From the NCBI GenBank assembly GCA_963667785.2, contig CAXXMU010000001.1, positions 224,001 to 288,000 on the forward strand: a stretch of 64,000 nucleotides of DNA. The letters run 5' to 3'. Below are positions 1 through 6,908 of the stretch, piece after piece. The notes under the pieces were generated by a model that searched no databases, had not been told where the DNA came from, and was given only the letters and a program-made list of their open reading frames with translations. This stretch comes from Alphaproteobacteria bacterium (lineage in GTDB: Bacteria > Pseudomonadota > Alphaproteobacteria > UBA828). How positions within the stretch are numbered: position 1 is the stretch's first letter; every line of letters begins with the position of its first letter. Both the position numbers and the translations under genes were made by a program.

Positions 1-1158
1 GCGCACCTTGTTGACGGCGGCGAGCTGGAAGGAGCGCTGCGCGCTCTCGGCCGCGCGGCCCACGCCCTGGCTGTCGGAGCCGATCATGCTGATGGCGCCC
101 ATGTCGTGCAGCACGTCCTCGGCCCGCATGGTCTCGGCCCGGGCACGGCCCTGGATGAAGGCGATGTCCGTCGGCACGCTCTTGTTCAGGTTGTGGCAGG
201 TGATCAACATGTCGATCTCTTCGTCGTACGTGTTGATCGAGAACGGGTTGGTGGGGTTGGTCGAGCTCGGCAGCAGGTTCGGCTCGCCGCAGACCCGCAT
301 CATGTCGGGCGCGTTGCCGCCGCCGGCGCCCTCGCAGTGATAGATGTGCATGACGCGGCCGTTGATGGCGGCGATCGTGTCCTCGTAGTAGCCGGTCTCG
401 TTCAGCGTGTCGGCGTGGATCTGGACCTGGAAGTCGTACTCGTCGGCGAGCTCCATGGTGGTCTCGATGGCGGCCGGCGAGGACGACCAGTCCTCGTGGA
501 TCTTGAGCCCCGTGGCGCCGGCCAGGATCTGCTCCACCAGCGAGCCCGGCGTCGCCGCGTTGCCCTTGCCGAAGTTGCCGAAGTTGAGCGGGATGTCGGC
601 CATCGCCTCCAGCATGCGCTGGATGTTGAAGACGCCGGGGCATTCGATGCCCACCGTCTTCGGCCCCGAGCCGCCGCCGATCACCGTGGTGAAGCCCGCG
701 TTCTGATACTCGTAGAGCTGCTGCACGGAATCGAAGTGGGGGTGGATGTCGACGAAGCCCGGCGTGCAGATCATCCCCTCCACCGAGAGGATGTCGGTGT
801 TGGGCGAGACGATCAGCCCCGGCGTGATGTTCATGGTGTCGGGGTTGCCGGACTTGCCGACGCCGACGATCTCGCCGTCCAGCACGCCGATGTCGCCCTT
901 CACGACGCCGAGGACGGGGTCGATGATCACGGCGTTGGTGATCACCATGTCGAGCCCGCCGTCACTCTGCTTCCACTTCGACGCCTGGCCCATGCCGTCG
1001 CGGATGGTCTTGCCGCCGCCGAAGACGAGCTCGTCGCCGTAGGTGGTGTAGTCGTGCTCGATCTCGGCCACGAGGCCGGTGTCGGCGAGGTGGATCCTGT
1101 CTCCGGTGGTCGGCCCGTACTGCGCGGCGTAGTCCGGGCGGGCGATCTTCGTGCTCAT
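1..1158 (-). CDS. ureC: Urease subunit alpha (divergent), 3' end runs off the window
   Basis: Not in the ORF track; translated by hand from ATG at 1158: MSTKIARPDYAAQYGPTTGDRIHLADT...FGGGKTIRDGMGQ...FVDIHPHF...GLKIHEDW...HADTLNE...YHCEGAGGG...SDSQ. Frame stays open to position 1. Confidence 0.93.
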   Translation of the reverse strand, partial: MSTKIARPDYAAQYGPTTGDRIHLADTGLVAEIEHDYTTYGDELVFGGGKTIRDGMGQASKWKQSDGGLDMVITNAVIIDPVLGVVKGDIGVLDGEIVGVGKSGNPDTMNITPGLIVSPNTDILSVEGMICTPGFVDIHPHFDSVQQLYEYQNAGFTTVIGGGSGPKTVGIECPGVFNIQRMLEAMADIPLNFGNFGKGNAATPGSLVEQILAGATGLKIHEDWSSSPAAIETTMELADEYDFQVQIHADTLNETGYYEDTIAAINGRVMHIYHCEGAGGGNAPDMMRVCGEPNLLPSSTNPTNPFSINTYDEEIDMLITCHNLNKSVPTDIAFIQGRARAETMRAEDVLHDMGAISMIGSDSQGVGRAAESAQRSFQLAAVNKVR

Positions 1159-1228
1159 GCTCTGCTTCCCTGCTCCTGGCCCCGCTCCCGGCGCGGCCGG
1201 CGCCCCTTCGTCGTTCCTGCCTCGCGCG

Positions 1229-1738
1229 TCAGTCGCCGTCCGAGCCTGCGCCGAACTTCTCGTCGGGCGGCGTCTCGATCGGATAGCGCTCGCCCTCGAA
1301 GCAGTAGCCCTCGGCCCTGAGGCGGCGCATGGTCTGCTCCTTGATGATGCCGGAGCGGACCGAGCCGTTGGTCATGTTGTTCATGCCGTAGGCGACCTGG
1401 CGGCCGACGTAGCCGGTGATCCTCACCTTGCGGCTCTGGCCCGGCTCGAAGCGCACGGCGCTGCCGGAAGGCACGTCGAGGCGCATGCCGAAGGCCGCCG
1501 CCCGGTCGAAGGCCATCGCCTTGTTGCACTCGGCGAGGTGGTAGTGGGCGCCGATCTGGATCGGCCGGTCGCCGGTGTTGACCATGACGATCTCCAGCGA
1601 CGGCCGGTCGGCGTTGATCTCGATGTCGCCGTCGGCGAAATCGATCGCGCCGCACCTCTCCGGCTCGCCCACCTCGAACGCCTCGTCCGGCACGACCGAG
1701 TCCGGCAGCGGCGGCGGGCTCCATTTCTTCCTGGCCAT
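1229..1738 (-). CDS. ureB: Urease subunit beta, with N- and C-terminal extensions
   Basis: NTGDRPIQIGAHYHLAECN and GMRLDVPSGSAVRFEPGQ motifs; lies between ureA and ureC. Confidence 0.92.
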   Translation of the reverse strand: MARKKWSPPPLPDSVVPDEAFEVGEPERCGAIDFADGDIEINADRPSLEIVMVNTGDRPIQIGAHYHLAECNKAMAFDRAAAFGMRLDVPSGSAVRFEPGQSRKVRITGYVGRQVAYGMNNMTNGSVRSGIIKEQTMRRLRAEGYCFEGERYPIETPPDEKFGAGSDGD

Positions 1739-1763
1739 CGGCCTTCTCCTCCCTCGGTCCGCG

Positions 1764-2075
1764 CTAGTCGCGGATCGGGTTCATGACCGTGACGAGCTTC
1801 GTCCCGTCCGGGAACAGCGCCTCGACCTGGACGATCTTCATCATCTCGGGCACCCCGGTCATCACGTCGTCCCGTTTCAGGATCGTCGCGCCGTATTCCA
1901 TCATGTCGGTCAGCATGGGGATGCTGCCTTCGCGCGCGCGCTCGAGGATCTCGTCGCAGATCAGCGCGATCGCCTCCGGGTAGTTCAGCTTGATGCCGCG
2001 ATCGAGACGCCGCCGCGCCATTTCGGCGGCGGCCCAGATCTGGATGCGTTCCTCTTCCCGTACAGTGAGATGCAT
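1764..2075 (-). CDS. ureA: Urease subunit gamma
   Basis: MHLTVREEER...KLNYPEAIALI...VQVEALFPDGTKLVTV; GGAG-type RBS upstream. Confidence 0.93.
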   Translation of the reverse strand: MHLTVREEERIQIWAAAEMARRRLDRGIKLNYPEAIALICDEILERAREGSIPMLTDMMEYGATILKRDDVMTGVPEMMKIVQVEALFPDGTKLVTVMNPIRD

Positions 2076-2175
2076 GTGCCCCCACTCCCTCTAGCTCGCG
2101 ACACGCCTGAAAACCGGGCGACGGCCCAATTCCATACTACAGGGCGCGACTCCGGGCCACCCCGCGTGCCCGCGC

Positions 2176-2835
2176 TCAGTCGATCTCGTCTTCCGGCACG
2201 ATCCAGGGCTCCTGCAGGGCCGCGTCGCGCCACTCGATGAAGGCCGGCAGGCTAAGCACGGCGCGGCTGTAGGCGTCGCAGGTCTCGTCGAGGTCGACGC
2301 CGTAGGTCTCGAGCCGGGTGACCACCGGCGCGTACATGGCGTCGGCCGCGCCGAAGGCGCCGAACAGGAAGTCGCCGCCGGCGCCCCAGCGGGCCCGGCA
2401 CTCGCGCCAGATCGCGCAGATGCGGGCGATGTCGTCGTCGACCCCCGGCCCGCGGCCCTTCCCCTTGAGATCGAGGCGGCGCAGGTTCATGGGCATGTGG
2501 TTGCGAAGGGCGCCGAAGCCCGCGTGCATCTCGTGGGCGACGGCGCGGGCCGCGGCGCGCGCGTCGCGATCCTCGGGCCAGAGGCCGGCGTCCGGGAACA
2601 GCTCGTTTGCGTACTCGATGATCGCGAGCGTCTCCCACACGGTGCGCTCGCCGTGCAGCAGCACAGGCACGCGCCCGGAGGGCGAGACGGCGGCGATCGC
2701 CTCCTTCCAGTTCTCGTCGAAGAGCAGGAGCAGGCGCTCGTCGAAGGGGATTCCGGCGTGGCGCAGCGCAAGCCAGGGCCTGAGCGACCAGGACGAGTAG
2801 TTTTTGTTGCCGATGACCAGGGTGAAGTCGCTCAT
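2176..2835 (-). CDS. Glutathione S-transferase family protein
   Basis: GNKNYSSWSLRPWL, SPSGRVPVL, WETLAI, EMHAGF, ADAMYAPVV motifs. Confidence 0.9.
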   Translation of the reverse strand: MSDFTLVIGNKNYSSWSLRPWLALRHAGIPFDERLLLLFDENWKEAIAAVSPSGRVPVLLHGERTVWETLAIIEYANELFPDAGLWPEDRDARAAARAVAHEMHAGFGALRNHMPMNLRRLDLKGKGRGPGVDDDIARICAIWRECRARWGAGGDFLFGAFGAADAMYAPVVTRLETYGVDLDETCDAYSRAVLSLPAFIEWRDAALQEPWIVPEDEID

Positions 2836-2957
2836 GGCGATCCGCGCGCACGCTCCGCATTGCTTTGTGCGGCCGGACTATAGCGCCGCCCTCCGCACCG
2901 GCAATGCGCTCGCGCGGATCGCGCCGGGTCGGGCCAGCGGCGTGCCGCCTGCGCCGT

Positions 2958-2983
2958 GTGCACCGCACCATGGTGCGGTGCAC
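2958..2983. promoter_or_regulatory. Perfect 26-bp palindrome, candidate regulator binding site
   Basis: GTGCACCGCACCA|TGGTGCGGTGCAC in the intergenic region upstream of the GST gene. Confidence 0.5.
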
Positions 2984-3391
2984 GGCGCGGAGCGCCTGCG
3001 CCAGACTCGCGCCATGCGGTGCGTGAGAGAGCGGGGCAGTGAAGACGGGGCGACGGGAGACGCCCGGCGCCACCTCGCGGTCGCGGGATTCATCCCGGAA
3101 ACCCGCCCGGATATCCCGGCGGAATCCCACCTTCTTCGGAAAATGTCCCGCGCTGAATCCCTCGTCATCCCGGCGAATCCCGCATGCCCCCCCCCTTTCT
3201 GGCGAATCCCACTTTCGCCCCCCGTCCGGGTCTGCCGCGCGCACATCGGCGCCGAGCCGCCGTTCGCCCCTCCTTTGTGCCGCTTCGTGCCGCTTTGTCC
3301 CGGGACATCCCGCATAGAAAACGAGAGGGGGGTGTGCCACTTTGCGCCCCCGCCGCCTGGCCGCCCGGCGCGCCGGCAGCGCGGCAGGGGG

Positions 3392-3805
3392 CTAGCGGGT
3401 GGCGTCGATGGTCTGAACGTGGCCGCCCGCGGCGTAGGAGAGGATGGCGAAATCGGCGGTCAGCAGCGGTGCGCCGCATTGGCGGGCGGTGGCGACGAGG
3501 AGGCGGTCGGCGGGATCGGCCCGCAGCGCCCCCGGCAGCCGCGCGCTGTCGGTGGCGATGGCGGGGTCGATGGGCAGCAGCCTGATGCCCGGCAGAGCGA
3601 GCGCCGCCCGAATCCAGGCGCCGGCCTCCTGTGCCAGGCGAAGGCGCCCGCTCTCGGCCAGCAGCGCGATCTCCCACGGCGTGATGGCGGAAATACCAAT
3701 GTCGTCCGTCTCTCCCGCCGCGGTGATCGCCGCGCGCGCCTCGGCGCCGAGCCGCCGTTCGTCGTTGACGGCCCAGACCAGCACGTGGGTGTCCAGAACG
3801 ATCAC
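3392..3805 (-). CDS. vapC: VapC-type PIN-domain toxin
   Basis: IVLDTHVLVW, SAITPWEI, DPADRLLVATA, LLTAD: conserved PIN acidic residues; overlaps the antitoxin stop by 4 nt. Confidence 0.88.
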   Translation of the reverse strand: MIVLDTHVLVWAVNDERRLGAEARAAITAAGETDDIGISAITPWEIALLAESGRLRLAQEAGAWIRAALALPGIRLLPIDPAIATDSARLPGALRADPADRLLVATARQCGAPLLTADFAILSYAAGGHVQTIDATR

Positions 3806-4044
3806 GGCGCGGAGCCCCGGTCGGCGGGACCTGTGGCGGGCAGGAAGGGATCGTCGTAGGCCAGCACCGATCCCTCCATGGCGCCGATGATGGATCGAAC
3901 CGCGCGCTCCGGTCGCACCGGCGACAACAGCGCGACCGGACGGCCGCGGTTGGTGATCGTCACGACCTCGCCGTCCTCGCTCATGTCATTGATAATACGG
4001 AGACATTTCGCCTGAAACTCGGCCGCCGCGATGGTCTTGCCCAT
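3802..4044 (-). CDS. Phd/YefM family antitoxin
   Basis: IAAAEFQAKCLRIINDM...VTITNRGRPVALL; 80 aa, directly upstream of the PIN toxin. Confidence 0.88.
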   Translation of the reverse strand: MGKTIAAAEFQAKCLRIINDMSEDGEVVTITNRGRPVALLSPVRPERAVRSIIGAMEGSVLAYDDPFLPATGPADRGSAP

Positions 4045-4059
4045 GGCCTTCGCCCGCGC

Positions 4060-4106
4060 ATAAATATGTATAGATTATATGTACGTATAATTGGTGGGGC
4101 CGTCAA
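4060..4106 (-). promoter_or_regulatory. AT-rich promoter/operator of the toxin-antitoxin operon
   Basis: Minus strand TTGACG (4106-4101)-N17-TACATA, followed by TAATCTATACATATTTA; ATATGTA occurs twice; strikingly AT-rich against the GC-rich background. Confidence 0.6.
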
Positions 4107-4229
4107 GGGGTAATCGGACCATCAAGGGGCAGGGGGCAAGGGGAGGGTGCGCGACGGCGGCCGTTCGCGTCGCGGGCCATTCCGGGGCTGCGACGATGCC
4201 GACGATGCCGTGCGCCCCGGCGTGGCAGC

Positions 4230-4934
4230 TCAGCCGTCGTCGTCCGCAGCGTCGGCGCCGCTCACGAGCTGGGAGAAGCGCACCGGCAGGATCTCCTCGG
4301 TCTCGAAGCGCCCGCCCTCGTCCTTGGTGACCAGCAGCAGGCGCTGATCGTCCTCGAGTCCTGCTGGGATCACCATGCGCCCGCCGGCCTTCAACTGCTG
4401 CAGCAGCGCCGGCGGAAGGAGATCGGGTGCCGCGGTCGCGATGATGCGGTCGAAGGGCGCATGCTCGGGCCAGCCCAGGCTGCCGTCGCCGATGCGGAAG
4501 CGCACGTTGCCGTAGCCCTGCTCGGCGAGCCGGCGGCGCCCGCTCTGCGCCAGCTCCTCGATCACCTCCACGGTGAACACCTCGGCCGCGAGCTCGGCCA
4601 GCAGCGCCGCCTGATAGCCGAGGCCCGTGCCGATCTCGAGCACCCGGTCCTCCGCGCCGATCTCCAGCAGGTCGGTCATCAGCGCGACGATGAAGGGCTG
4701 CGAGATCGTCTTGCCGCAGCCGATCGGCAGCGGCGAATCGAGATAGGCGTAGAGCGCCATCTCCACCGGCACGAAGGCGTGGCGCGGCACCCGCCCGATC
4801 GCGTCCATCACCGGCCCGGCGATCTCGGCGCGGCCGGTCCTGACGCCGACATGGTCGGCATGCAGCGCCACCTGCTCGACCATGGTCCGGCGCAGGATCG
4901 CGAATTGGTCTTCGTTGGAGTTCGCCGCCGTCAT
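4230..4934 (-). CDS. pcm: Protein-L-isoaspartate O-methyltransferase
   Basis: VPRHAFVP, TISQPFIVALM, VLEIGTGLGYQAA, APFDRIIATAA, VRFSQL; start taken at ATG 4934. Confidence 0.92.
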   Translation of the reverse strand: MTAANSNEDQFAILRRTMVEQVALHADHVGVRTGRAEIAGPVMDAIGRVPRHAFVPVEMALYAYLDSPLPIGCGKTISQPFIVALMTDLLEIGAEDRVLEIGTGLGYQAALLAELAAEVFTVEVIEELAQSGRRRLAEQGYGNVRFRIGDGSLGWPEHAPFDRIIATAAPDLLPPALLQQLKAGGRMVIPAGLEDDQRLLLVTKDEGGRFETEEILPVRFSQLVSGADAADDDG

Positions 4935-5079
4935 GGTCCGCCACCGCGCCTGCGCCCGCGTCCGCACTAAGCTGCTATAACTATCGCATTAGCGGTGGAG
5001 CCGCGAGCCTTGCAGGCGCGCCCTGCCGCCGCGTCTCCGGCGGCTGCCGCCCGCAGCAGGCCACCCACGGGAGTTGTGC

Positions 5080-6519
5080 ATGACCGGCTCGCTCGCGCTG
5101 CCGCTCTGGATCCTCGCGGTGGTCGGCGCGCTCGCACTCTGGGCCGCGCTGGATCGCATCTTCATGCCGGGCGCCCGCTGGTTCCTGCGGCGCCGCCTCA
5201 ATCGCATGATCGACGAGGTCAACACGCGGCTCGAGCTGGAGATCCCGCCGTTCCTGCAGACCCGGCGCCGCGTGCTCATCGACCAGCTCAGCTACGACCC
5301 GCAGGTGATGGAGGCGATCGATGCGGAGGCGCAGGCCACCGGCATCCCGCGCGAGGTGCTGAGCCGGCAGGTCGAGCGCTACGCCCGCGAGATCGTGCCC
5401 TCCTTCAACGCCTATGCCTATTTCCGCATCGGCTACCACATCGCGCGGCGCGCGGTGGAGAGCCTCTACCGCGTGCGGCTCGGCTACTCCGACGACGAGG
5501 CGCTCGGCCGCATCGAGCCCGGCGCCAGCGTCGTCTTCGTGATGAACCACCGCAGCAACATGGACTACGTGATCGTCGCCTACATGGCGGCGCACCGGTC
5601 TGCGCTGAGCTACGCCGTCGGCGAGTGGGCGCGGGTCTGGCCGCTCAGGATGCTGGTGCGCTCGCTCGGCGCCTATTTCGTCCGCCGCGGCTCGGGCAGC
5701 CGGCTCTATCGCCAGGTGCTCGCGCGCTACGTGCAGGCGGCGACGGCGGGCGGCGTGGTCCAGGCGGTCTATCCCGAGGGCGGCCTCAGCCGCGACGGCC
5801 GCCTGCGCAAGCCCAAGCTCGGCCTCATCAGCTACATGGTCTCGTCATTCGACCCGGAGGGCTCCCGCGATCTCGTCTTCGTGCCCGTGGGCATCAACTA
5901 CGACCGCGTGCTGGAGGACCGCATGCTGGTGCGCGCGCCGCGCCCCGGGGAGCCCAGGCGCAGCAGGCTGCGGGTGCTCATGACCGCGCTCCGCTTCGCC
6001 GGCCACAACGTGAGCCTCATGGTCAGGCGGCGCTGGTACCGCTTCGGCTATGCCTGCGTGAACTTCGCCGCGCCGATCTCCATGCGGGAGTACGCGAAGA
6101 CCCGCGGCATCGATTTCCGCGCGCTGGAGGCCGACGCCCGCCACGAGGCCGTGGAGACACTCGGCGGCGAGCTGCTGGAGGCGATCGCCGCGGCGATTCC
6201 GGTGTTGCCGGTCTCGCTCGTGGCGTCGGTCTTCGTCCGCGCGGACGGTGCGCTCGACCTGCTGGAGATCAAGGGGCGGACCCAGGCGCTGATCGACGGT
6301 CTGGAACGCCGGGGCGCCTACGTGCACATCCCCAGGGCCGACCGCGACTACGCCGTCACCGTGGGCCTTCGCATGCTGACGCTCAGGCACTTCGTGACGG
6401 AGGAGGACGGGCTCTTCCGCGCCAACGAGGGCGAGCGCGACATGCTGCGCTACTACGCCAACGCCATCGAGCATTTTCTCGCCGACGCCGACGCGCCGGC
6501 CGAGCGGGCGGCCGAATAG
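5080..6519 (+). CDS. Glycerol-3-phosphate acyltransferase-like (PlsC/PlsB acyltransferase domain) membrane protein
   Basis: HxxxxD block NHRSNMDY, GAYFVRR, YPEGGLSRDG, FVPVGINYD; N-terminal transmembrane helix. Confidence 0.8.
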   Translation: MTGSLALPLWILAVVGALALWAALDRIFMPGARWFLRRRLNRMIDEVNTRLELEIPPFLQTRRRVLIDQLSYDPQVMEAIDAEAQATGIPREVLSRQVERYAREIVPSFNAYAYFRIGYHIARRAVESLYRVRLGYSDDEALGRIEPGASVVFVMNHRSNMDYVIVAYMAAHRSALSYAVGEWARVWPLRMLVRSLGAYFVRRGSGSRLYRQVLARYVQAATAGGVVQAVYPEGGLSRDGRLRKPKLGLISYMVSSFDPEGSRDLVFVPVGINYDRVLEDRMLVRAPRPGEPRRSRLRVLMTALRFAGHNVSLMVRRRWYRFGYACVNFAAPISMREYAKTRGIDFRALEADARHEAVETLGGELLEAIAAAIPVLPVSLVASVFVRADGALDLLEIKGRTQALIDGLERRGAYVHIPRADRDYAVTVGLRMLTLRHFVTEEDGLFRANEGERDMLRYYANAIEHFLADADAPAERAAE

Positions 6520-6521
6520 GG

Positions 6522-6549
6522 CGCGCCGGCGGCGGGAGCCGTCGGCGCG
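6522..6549. terminator. GC-rich hairpin between convergent genes
   Basis: CGCGCCGGCGGC-GGGA-GCCGTCGGCGCG, 12-bp stem with one G-U pair and a GNRA loop; no U-tract. Confidence 0.45.
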
Positions 6550-6554
6550 GCAGA

Positions 6555-6848
6555 CTACTCGACGGCCTCGACGAAGTAGACGCTGCTGTTGGCGGCCCGG
6601 AAGCGCATCGGCAGCACCGCCTGGTACTCGGGCGAGTTGTACCACTCCTTCGCCCGTTCCATGCTCGGGAAGCGGATGATCACGATCCTGGGCGGCTTCG
6701 ACATGCCGTCCATGTGGGCGACGTTGGTGGTGGCTGCGATCAGCTCGCCGTCATGGGCCGCGACCGAGGGGCCGGCCTTTTCGGCGTACTCGTCCATCAG
6801 GGCCTGATCGGTCACTTGCGATTCCGAGATGAGGTAGGCGGCGGGCAT
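6555..6848 (-). CDS. DUF1330 family small ferredoxin-like-fold protein
   Basis: MPAAYLI...RIVIIRFPSMERAKEWYNSPEYQ...R signature; GGGAG RBS. Confidence 0.85.
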   Translation of the reverse strand: MPAAYLISESQVTDQALMDEYAEKAGPSVAAHDGELIAATTNVAHMDGMSKPPRIVIIRFPSMERAKEWYNSPEYQAVLPMRFRAANSSVYFVEAVE

Positions 6849-6908
6849 GGTGGTTCTCCCTGGATTGAGGTGTGCCGTTTACGAGCGGGTCACAGCCTGC
6901 GGAAAGGG

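Noticed and set aside
2958-2983. NtrC binding site near the urease genes
   Set aside because: GCAC-to-GTGC spacing is 9 (or 4), not the 7 of the NtrC consensus, and the GST gene intervenes.
2252-3340. ORFs spanning the GST-vapC intergenic gap
   Set aside because: No recognisable domain, atypical composition, and overlap with real genes.
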